From Ylistrum balloti (Eukaryota): DNA of 64,000 bases. The position numbers and the translations under genes were made by a program. The stretch spans positions 310,001 through 374,000 of the forward strand of contig NW_026782088.1 in NCBI RefSeq assembly GCF_031769215.1. The letters run 5' to 3'. This document shows positions 38,015 to 50,000 of this stretch, piece by piece. How positions within the stretch are numbered: position 1 is the stretch's first letter; every line of letters starts with the position of its first letter. The notes below the pieces were generated by a model that saw only the letters and a list, made by a program, of their open reading frames with translations, was not told where the DNA came from and made no database searches.

Positions 38015-41000
38015 CTAGTCCTGTGGGGGCAGCTGTGTCCAGTCAATAGGAGTCTTGCCTTTACCCTTCAGGTATGTGTTACATTTGGAAAAGTGTTTGC
38101 AGCCCATGAAGCCTCGGTGAGCAGAAAGAGGTGATGGGTGGACACCCTTCAGAACACAGTGCTTTTTCTGAAATGACAAGAAGTGGTGATATCTTTGAGG
38201 TTTAATATCGAGGTACAAAATATTTCAACTTTGAGGTACAAATTATTTGAACTTTGGGGCATGAAACATTTAAACTTTGAGGTTCAAATTATTTTACCTC
38301 AAGGTACAAATCAATTTAAATCTGAGGTACAAATTATTTCAATTCTGATGTACAAATCTTTTAACTTTGATGCTCAAATCACTTCAACTTTGGGGTATGA
38401 ATAATTCTAATGTGCCCAGGTACATACTATTTCAACAAATCATTTTCATTTTGAGCTAAACAAATTTTTTCTTTGAGGTATAAATAATTTTAAACCATTA
38501 AATCTGCCTGATGTACATGTAGACAGATTAGAAACACACAGATACAAGTCTGAGGTTGTGAAGGTAGACTTATTTAATATTTTGCAAATATCTTTCCCCT
38601 GAGTTTTCAATATATAAATTTCAACCGCACACACATACATTTTTATAGATGTTCACAAATATATTTTATAGATTTACACTTACATTTTTATAGATGTTCA
38701 CAAATATATTTTATAGATTTACACTTACATTTTTATAGATGTTCACAAATACATTTTTATAGATGTTCACACATACATTTTTATAGATGTCACACATACA
38801 TTTTTATAGGTGTTCACATATACATTTTTATAGATGTTCACATATACATTTTATAGATGTTCACATATACATTTTTATAGATGTTCACACATACATTTTT
38901 ATAGATGTTCACACATACATTTTATTGATGTTCACACATACATTTTATAGATGTTCACATATACATTTTATAGATGTTCACATATACATTTTTATAGATG
39001 TTCACACATACATTTTTATAGATGTTCACACATACATTTTATAGATGTTCACATATACATTTTATAGATGTTCACACATACATTTTTATAGATGTCACAC
39101 ATACATTTTTATAGATGTTCACATATACATTTCATAGGTGTTCAAATATACATTTTTATAGGTGTTCATATATACATTTTATAGATGTTCACACATACAT
39201 TTTTATAGGTGTTCACATATACATTTTTATAGGTGTTCACACATACATTTTTATAGATGTTCACATATACATTTTTATAGGTGTTCACACATACATTTTA
39301 TAGGTGTTCACACATACATTTTCATAGGTGTTCACATATACATTTTTATAGGTGTTCGCACATACATTTTATAGGTGTTCACATATACATTTTATAGATG
39401 TTCACATATACATTTTTATAGGTGTTCACACATACATTTTATAGGTGTTCACACATACATTTTTATAGGTGTTCACACATACATTTTTATAGGTGTTCAC
39501 ACATACATTTTATAAGTGTTCACATATACATTTTTATAGGTGTTCACACATACATTTTTATAGATGTTCACATATACATTTTATAGATGTTCACATATAC
39601 ATTTTTATAGGTGTTCACACATACATTTTATAGGTGTTCACACATACATTTTTATAGGTGTTCACATATACATTTTTATAGGTGTTCACATATACATTTT
39701 ATAGATGTTCACATATACATTTTTATAGGTGTTCACACATACATTTTATAGGTGTTCACACATACATTTTTATAGGTGTTCACATATACATTTTTATAGG
39801 TGTTCACACATACATTTTATAGGTGTTCACATATACATTTTTATAGATGTTCACACATACATTTTATAGGTGTTCACATATACATTTTATAGATGTTCAC
39901 ATATACATTTATAGGTGTTCACACATACATTTTATAGGTGTTCACACAAACATTTTATAGGTGTTCACACATACATTTTATAGGTGTTCACACATACATT
40001 TTTATAGATGTTCACATATACATTTTTATAGGTGTTCACATATACATTTTTATAGGTGTTCACACATACATTTTATAGGTGTTCACACATACATTTTTTA
40101 AGGTGTACACATACTTTTTTATAGGTGTCAAGCTTTGAAAATGAACTCTACAAATATTAAATCTACAATTCTTCAGAACGTTCAATTCATGAGGACAGCC
40201 CAAATTTCAGGGAGAATAAAAAGATATGATAAAGTAACAAAAGTTTTTAGACAACTGAAAATATTCACTATTTGAATGACATCCCTTGGCACAAGATTAA
40301 AATGATGAGGCATTTTCAATCCCCCTCTATAAATATGAAAAAAAAAAAGAAAACAAATAAAAAATAAATAAATAAAAATTGTCTAAGCTCCCCTAAACCC
40401 GTAACAGCTGAAACTATCTAGAATAAAAACGATGAAACAATTGACACGTAGATCCGGATTTAATTGTCCCAGCTTATGAAAGTCATAACTAGTTGTACAC
40501 CACCAGGAGACCAGATCAATTCCACATACTACACGGGTATGGCCTTGTTTACCTAGGTATATACATGTATGTTTACTATGTGAAGTAGAATTCTGGTTAC
40601 GGTAGATGAACATACCTAGGGCTTACTCACTTTAACTGTAAACTATGTACACAAACTGAAAGTGAGCCTGAATGTATGCAGTTAGTCTGCTATAAGGCTT
40701 GGAAATCTACCGGACTGGTATATTTCCCTTCCCAAGCAACTTACAGGTACATATATTATCAGTATTTTATCATTATTTTGCAATGTTTCCATCAGACTGG
40801 CACAATCTAAGTACAACTAAATGCCATTGCATATCAGTATTTATAAGGACAAATTGATGTCTAGAGTATATACTATCTGTGTAGTTTGTACAGGTTTCAG
40901 TAACATGTATGTAGGTCATGTTATTGGTTATTGTTATTGGTGTATGCTGACACCAATTGTCGGTGGTGGAGCTCCGACTTTAAGTACACATAAATGTAGG

Positions 41001-44000
41001 TATGAGGCATTTGGGAAGACCTGTAGAAACTGTCAAGGTCTGTTAAAATCCCCAGGACTGTATCAGTGTTAAATAAAATCCCCAGGACTGTATCAGTGTT
41101 AAACAAAATCTGCTTTTACTACTTTCGTAGACCAGTAGAAACTCTCAGGGTCTGTTAAAATCCCCAGGACTGTATCAGTGTTAAACAAAATCTGCTTTTA
41201 CTACTTTCGTAGACCAGTAGAAACTCTCAGGGTCTGTTAAAATCCCCAGGACTGTATCAGTGTTAAACAAAATCTGCTTTTACTACTTTCGTAGACCAGT
41301 AGAAACACTCAGCGTCAGTGTTAAACAAAATCCTCAGGACTGTATCAGTGTTAAACAAAATCCTCAGGACTGTATCAGTGTTAAACAAAATCTGCTTTTA
41401 CTACTTTCGTAGACCAGTAGAAACTCTCAGGGTCAGTTAAAATCCTCAGGACTGTATCAGTGTTAAACAAAATCTGCTTTTACTACTTTCGTAGACCAGT
41501 AGAAACTCTCAGGGTCTGTTAAAATCCTCAGGACTTTATCAGTGTTAAACAAAAAAGGCTTTTACTACTTCAGTAGACCCAAAGGAATGCTTAAGGTCTG
41601 TTAAAATCCTCAGGAGTGTATCACTACTATACAAAGATAGACTTTCTGAATTACAAAATGTATCAAATATATATCAAAACTTGATATTCTCAGCTTTGTT
41701 TGGATAGGGGCTCAAGACTGACCATTGCAAATAGACTTTTTTTTATAATGTAGTCCCTTCCTTTAGCATCCAGGGGTTGGAGGTTGGGGTTTGGAGGGTA
41801 AATAAACTGTTTTAGACAATTTCTAAATAAATGAGAAGCAATACGGATGTTTTGTATTCAGCAACCCCATATGTCTTCCCTCTGAATATGAGCCATTTGC
41901 TGTGGCTAGGTTTTGATCCTCACTGTAAGCTGGTAATGACCCAACAGCACCATCATAAAAGTTTTTGAGGTACAAAATAATTTACTTAGAACATGCAATG
42001 TAGGATGTTGGGCAATGGCATTCACAACAGATATGAGTGACACACCTGACCATCAGATTACTAGATAATTGTCCATGAAAACATGCAACCTGATAAAGGT
42101 TACTTATAGAGAAACCTGTGACATAGTCTGAACTATTGTTTACATCCTAATCCTGTTTTGTTACAGACCTGACTAAGGCCATGGCATGTTCCTGTAGGGA
42201 GCTCTCCATACTGCTATCAACGTACCTGGACAGGAGAGTGATCGGAACACAGAGGAATATCAACAATAGGAGAAAGGTCATGGCTATTGAAGAAACAATA
42301 CATAATAAAGGCCAAAACATCAGCACATTTCTGTGTGGGGACGCATCTGATGGCACCAATGTACCAGGCTTGAATAGTGATATCTTGATTGTTTACAATG
42401 ATGTGATGGTTTTGTCTCCTGAACACAACGTTCCTCCGACAGATAAAACGACACTCACCATAAACGAAGATGACAGTCGACCTGGGTACGTAGCTCTACA
42501 ACTAACACAAACAGGAAAGATGTGTAGTACAGTGCTACAAAACTCATTTGTTCATGTTGGGAACGCTGTATTTGTGTCAAGCGACATCTTTCAGGAACAA
42601 ACCACCATCCATCACAGTGACATGGGTTTGCCAGGTAAATCAAATGTACCAAGAAGTACCCAGATTAAAACAGACTACCTGCACAGCTTTCAATGTAACA
42701 GTTGGCCTAAGAGGGCAAAAGAATGGGAAAGGCGTATACGTCTGTCTGGATGGCCATCACAAACTTTGATTGACAGAATTGTTCAAAAAGGTTGTCATCT
42801 TGTCCCGATAAGGGAAAGATTTTTTATGGATAAAACGTCGCAATGGAAGATATCATTTGCATCTGCAGAAAGATTTTTAATTCATTCCTTCAGCAATGTT
42901 CAGTTGAAAGTTTATTGTTTAATGAAATATTTTTTTGAAGAAATTAGAGATACCCTGACAAAAATAACTGGAGAAGACAGTATCCTACCATCTGATTCCT
43001 TAAAAACAGTCATGTTTTTTGCATTAGAAAATGCTCATCAAAATGTGTGGCAAGAACAAAATCTATTTTACTGTTTCTGGTTTTGCTTTAATATTCTGCT
43101 ATCATTTGTCAAGACAGGACACTTGCCCAACTATTTCATTCCAGCCAACAACATGTTCCTGGGAAAGGTAAATCATCAAAACAGAAAGAAACTCTTTCAT
43201 ATTCTAAATTATTTCCATAAGAATAAGTTACTTTGTTTATCATTCGGAAAATTTTTTCAACCACCTTTATTGGAAAGGATTTGTAATTCAAAAACACAAA
43301 AGGAACTGAAGTGTTCACAACATGTAAGCGAAGTCGAGTATCAAGACGATGCAAGCATCTTTTTCGGATCAGTGTCTGTCTCAAATCAGTGCACCTCTAT
43401 GAGACCAGCGATGAGTTTACTCATGAAATCACAGTCAGAGGTGGAGGAAGCCATTGCATATGGATATACACTAAGGAACATCTCTTTATTTGCACAGCAT
43501 GATTATTGTCACCACATAGCTGGATCTTCACACAACAAGACCAGATACAAAAGGACAAGAAAATGTAGACACCAGATAATACTTTGTGCTGCTATGGGAA
43601 CATGTACTGAACTCTTGTACTTAGCAACATTTTATTTCCTGACAGGCAACTATTCTAAGTCTCTAGAGATATGTAGAAATGTCTTGTCACAGCCTTCTTA
43701 TTACACAGAGGGAACCACAGATCTACCACCAAAACAAAGAATATCATATTTACAGGAATACTGTGGAAAAGGTTACACATTAATATACAAACTTAAAAAA
43801 ACACTGACAAAATCAATTGGTTTTGGAAAAGAAAGTCTGTTTCTTCCTTGTCTTCAACCAGAGGTTGTAAAGTGTCCATCGGGCCTGTACATACCCCCAC
43901 TACCCTACACCATCTTTCTATCCTTCCTCTGCTGTAAGGAACTAGGAGACATCAAAGGATATGAAGCCGCTCTACACAGTCTGATTGTAGTGAAATATGA

Positions 44001-47000
44001 TGATCTACAGGGAGCACACAGACACTGGATAGTTCACACACTCCTGGGACTCTGCTATGAAACTTTGGATGACCATACACGAGCTGTCCGAGCTTACATG
44101 GAGTCAGCACAAACAAAGACAAGATACCATGACTTCAATCCTGCCCCAGAGAGAATAGAGGCTCTACAGAGGTTAGACACTGGATAGCAGAAAAAAAACT
44201 AGATGTCTAGCTAACAAGCTAGCACACTGTAGATAACTGAGACTCTACAGAGGTCGGACACTGGATAGCAGAATAGATTTGATGTCTAGCTAGCCAGCAT
44301 ACTGTTAGTGACCACTGACCACTACAGAGAATTGAGGCTCTACAGAGGTCAGACACCTGATAGCAGAATAAATTATCCTCGGTAGATGCCTAGCTAGCAC
44401 ACTGTATTGTTAGTGACCACTGACTGCTAGTTATACTCGTCAGATTATGTTAGGCATGTTCAAGAAGGAACATTACCGATTGGCACTTTATTTTTGATAT
44501 TTCGTGATTTTGATGACACTCTTAGCTCCTCTCAATGTGTAATAAGTTACTGTGATGGAGACATTGTGTATTATGGGACTTTTAAGGATGTGGTTGAACC
44601 TGTTGATGTCAAATTCAACATCCACTTGTATCCATTGTCCATCAGATCTAATATAAGAATCATTGTAGCGTATCAAATCTCCAATACATTTACTCTCCGA
44701 TAAGGAATTCTTAACATGGAGTTGGCTGCCTGATTAAATGACCTTTGCATTATCAATTTGACCAAAATGTTTTCGTGTCTTTTATTATAAAACACGGGCT
44801 TAAGGTTCTAAAACTTGACATTGGTGATAATATCCATTGTAAGGTACTAACTCATAACCTATGTTTAACTAGAAGTAAAAAAATGTGAAAAGAGGATTTA
44901 TATGGGAAAACTTATGAAAAAAGCAGTATAAATTGTATTATCATTCGATACTGCACAACAGCAGTGTAGTTTTAATCAATTTAGCTTGCTTCTGGAAGTT
45001 TGTAATTGGAAAAAGATTTAATGACTTTTTTGATAAATTACAATTACCCTTTTTGGAGTTTCTTAATTTAGATATAATCATTAAGTTTATGTCAAACCAA
45101 GGAAAATGTGACTAAACATTTGAAGACTTATCCATTTGCATGATGTTGATGATGTTGATGTTGTGTATATACATGTTATCCTTCCCATCATATACACTAG
45201 TAATGATAACAAATCATGATTTCAATAGACCAGAAACATTGATAATGAAGATTTCTAACTTGATGAAAAACCTGAACAGCAACTGTTTAATGGCATACAC
45301 ATGTATCATTGGTTTCTTAAATGAGAGCTGATGTTACAAATGGTAATTGAGGATGAAATATACTTACAAAAGTTTTTCAATAAGTACAAATCAAAGTGAA
45401 AGTACCTTTTAACTTGTATGTATATGGCAAAATATAACATCCTAGATTATTTATTTCACATCTAAAACGTATTTATATGATATCATTATAAGCCTGACTT
45501 GCCACAATAATTTATATTATCACAACAGCCTTTTATCATTGGTCAGTTCACTTGGAGTGGTTGATCTGTTAGGCTTAAGATTTCAGTTAAATGTTGATAT
45601 TTTAGGCTTCAGGTTTCAATTAAATGTTGATATTTTTGGTTTCTGGTTTCAGTTAAATGTTGATATTTTAGGATTCTGGTTTCAGTTCAATGTTGATCTG
45701 TTAGGTTTCATGTTTCAGTTCATTGTCAATCTAAGATTTTTATTCAGTTCAATGTTGATCTGATAGGTTACAGGATTTCAATTTAATGTTGATCTGTAAG
45801 GTTTTAGTTAAACATTGATCTGCAAGGTTTTAGTTCAATGTTGATCTGCTATTTTTCAGTTCAATGTTTTTAGCTAGGTTTCAGTTCAATGTTGATTTCC
45901 TAAGTTTAGTACAATGTCATAATATAAGACAACAAATCAATGGAACAAAATTCACATCAATATTATAACAAAAATAAAATTAAATATAATTCCAATTTCA
46001 CATGAATATTATTATTGCAAAAATAAATTATCATTCCTGATTTTTTTTAATCATTATTAAAACGGTTTCTTCTGATAAACATTTTCCCTGTATTCCATCC
46101 ATGTAGAATATTTGATCATACCACATCTAGGTATTGAGAAGTTTCTTGAAATATGGGTCAGTCTAACTCTTTTTGGCCCAACCTATCAATCCCTTAGGAC
46201 CGGATCTCAACCAAGAATTTATTGATACAAGGCTGCATATCGTATTTCATCAAAATCTGTTCATCTTTACTCAAAACTATTGTGTTCACAAGTTCCACTG
46301 GGAATGAATTATAAAGGGTCACAACTGTCAGTTACGATCAAATCTGTTCCATTTATTCAAATTCTTCCTCAGATCTCGTATATATAGGGCTGTATACAAA
46401 GTCATCAAAATCTGTTGATATTTATTTAATTTATTGTGTTTACAAGATTCCATGGTAATAAAACTGCAAAGGGCCATAACACTGTTTTGGTATGAAGGTT
46501 TTACCTGGTCTATACAAGCTCCCTTTTTCTGTGCATATGACCCCCACAAAATAAACACCAGCTCTGTTTGACTTTTGTTGAGCCATGATATGACAGCATC
46601 AGTGAATTTCTCCCAGCCTTTATCTTTGTGAGAGTTGGCCTGGTGTTCACGCACCGTCAGACAGGAATTCAGTAGAAGCACACCTTAAATAGAATCACAA
46701 AACAACAGATGTACCAGAAAGTGATGTTATATCCAGAACTGGGTCTCTTGATTAAAGAGAAAAGCAATATAAATATTTAAAATTTTAGCAACCTAGACCC
46801 AGCTTTGACCATGTATATAGGTCAAGGTCATTCATGTGAACAACCTTGGTACCCATTATCCAGGCATGCTTTTGCTCCAATAGTAAGAACTCTGAACTCT
46901 TGGTTATTAAAAAGCCATGAAAAAGACAATTTGACCCCTGTGACTTTGAAAAGTCTAAGTTGCTCCTTTTAACAGTCTTAAGAATTCTTCATTGCAGCAG

Positions 47001-50000
47001 GATAAGGGCCCTATATCATGACCAAGGACCTTATGTTTATTAAGATATAGTTGTTTGAAGGGAAAAGTTGACACCAGACAGACACTGCTCCTTTATACTT
47101 AAGCTCACTTGCCATTCGAGAAGATGAGCAAAAAACCTGATCAGTGTACTGTGACCATGCTGGTGGAATCCTTTTGTTTCACCTACCTTGTTCAGCCCAG
47201 CCTATCAGTGTACCATGACCAGGGTGCTGGAATCCCTCTATATCAGATATTAGCTCCTTATACATGTTCTCTAAGCTGTAACAAACAAGATAAACTATCC
47301 AGTTTGATTGGATGGCTATGTCTTAGGGAGGATAGTTTGTGTTCTGTTGAGTTCTGCAGTGGTCCACAGTCTGATCCCAATCAGTAGAGTGTAAGTATAG
47401 TAAATCTGCAGTGGTCCACAGTCTGATCCCAATCAGTAGAGTGTAAGATTAGTAAATCTGCAGTGGTCCACAGTCTGATCCCAATCAGTAGAGTGTAAGA
47501 TTAGTAAACCTGCAGTGGTCCACAGTCTGATCCCAATCAGTAGAGTGTAAGATTAGTAAATCTGCAGTGGTCCACAGTCTGATCCCAATCAGTAGAGTGT
47601 AAGATTAGTAAATCTGCAGTGGTCCACAGTCTGATCCCAATCAGTAGAGTCCTTTATCATCCCTTAAAAACTTTGTCACAGTCGTAGGATAACACAATGC
47701 ACCAATAAAAAGGACTTAACCTTCTTACTGAGACTAAAGAGAATTTTCATGCAAAATTTGTAGAGTGCAAGAACTGAAAAAGTCTAGGCTCTGATCCCAG
47801 TCAGTAGAGTGTAAGATTAGTAAATCTGCAGTGGTCCAGAGTCTGATACCTAGGAAAGACACAGAAAATCAATTACCTCCCTTTTATATAATGGAGGAAC
47901 TTGGGAAGTATTGAATCAAATTCTAGCCATTACAGAGAATTTCTCTTTAGCTGTGTTTTAGTATTTAAATCTACTAAGCCACAGGTTTGGCACCTAGAAT
48001 GACCATGGTATTTACAGTCAGTAGGGTTGTACATATATAGAGGTAATTTCTACTATCTCACCTTGGTGGTGGTTTCACTCCTTTCTGTACACTGAAACAC
48101 AGACCTGTAAAATAACACAAATGTCAGAATGAAATCACTCTTCATTGACGAAATATTGATACTGAGCTGCTCAAAATGTTTCATATAAATCTTTTCCTAT
48201 CTACTTTCATGTTCACAAGGTCAAATAGTAAGGCAATTGCGAAGGGCCATACCTCAGTAACTTAAAATTGAATCTGTCCCATTGTGTAAAACACACGAGA
48301 TCTTATTGATAGAAGGCTGCATACTAAAGTTTCATCAAAATCTATCCTTATTTACTCAACTTAAGGTCATGTTAACAAGAAAAGCAAGATGCCCAATGAC
48401 ATACCTATAGTCAGGTGACCTAACATGTTCTTACCACTTCAAGGTTTTGGTATGACTGCAAAAATTTGAACCATTTGAAATCAAATATTTATTGATTTAA
48501 TCTATAACTTACTGTGAGCTTATTGTGGTTGGATCTATAACTTACTGTGAGCTTATTGGGGTTGGATCTATAACTTACTGTGAGCTTATTGGGGTTGGAG
48601 CTATAGCTTACTTGGAGCTTATTGGGGTTGGGTCTGTAGACCTATCATGAGCTTGCTTTGGTCAGGTCTGGTCTAGTCTGTAGACCAATCATGAGCTTGC
48701 TTTGGTCAAGTTTGGTCTGGTCAGGGGTCAGGTCTATAGACTTACCATGAGCTTGTTCCGGTCAAATCTGGTCTGATTAGGTCTGTAGACATACCATGAG
48801 CTTGTTCTGGTCAGGTCTGATCTGGTCTGGTCTGTATACTTACCATGAGCATGTTCTGGTCAGGTCTGATCTGTCAGGTCTGTAGACTTACCATGAGCTT
48901 GTTTTGATCAGGTCTGATCTGTCAGGTCTGGTGGGGTCTATAGACTTACCATGAGCTTGTTTTGATCAGGTCTGGTCTGTAGACTTACAATGAGCTTGAT
49001 TTGATTAGGTCTGGTGGGGTCTATAGACTTACCATGAGCTTGTTTGATCAGGTTTGGTGAGGTCTGTAGACTTACCATGAGCTTGTTTTGATCAGGTCTG
49101 GTGGGTCTGTAGACTTACCATGAGCTTGTTTTGGTCCATGGTATGGATCCTGTCCCAATATCACAACCTTCACCTATAATATAGACATTGTGTTAGACAA
49201 AACAGAGTCAGACAATGCATATAATGGCTGAACCAAGAAATGCTCACAAGGCAACGTATGATTATGATAATTCGCTTCAAACAATGTGTTAAAAGTTTTC
49301 CAAAGTTTAAGTTAATATCAACGCTGAATGAGTCATATATACCCAGCAATAACCCAGTAATACACCAATACACTAATTCTTTCTACATCTATGTAAACTT
49401 ACAGACTAAGTCATATCTAACCCACCAATATACCTAGACATCTAATTCTACATCTATGTAAACTTACAGATTAAGTCATATCTAACCCACAAATATACCT
49501 AGACATCTAATTCTACATCTATGTAAACTTACAGATTAAGTCATATATAACCCACCAATATACCTAGACATCTAATTCTACATCTATGTAAACTTACAGT
49601 CACCAATATACCTAGACATCTAATTCTACATCTATGTAAACTTACAGATTAAGTCATATCTAACCCACCAATATACCTAGACATCTAATTCTACGTCTAT
49701 GTAAACTTACTGAGTCCAATGTGCAATACTGTGTCCAGGAGAACACTTGGTTAGCAGGTGGATATATTGTGTGTTTAGCTCTCTCTGCCTCCACAAACTT
49801 TGTCAGCTAAAATATAACACATTCATTATTCATGTTCCAAACACTTAAATTGTATCAGAATAGTTTCACTTTTTCTAAACAATCATTGTCCTTAAAAAAA
49901 CTCATAGAATATCAAAGTGTTACGATTTAAATGATGCATCAGACCCATTTGGTGATGGTTATCCTAGAGTATGGTACTTATACATCATCAAACAGTCAAA

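Noticed and set aside
47348-47650. 52-bp repeat as another exon-derived repeat
   Set aside because: Its similarity to exon 6 is limited to a few bases and it contains no copy of a real junction.
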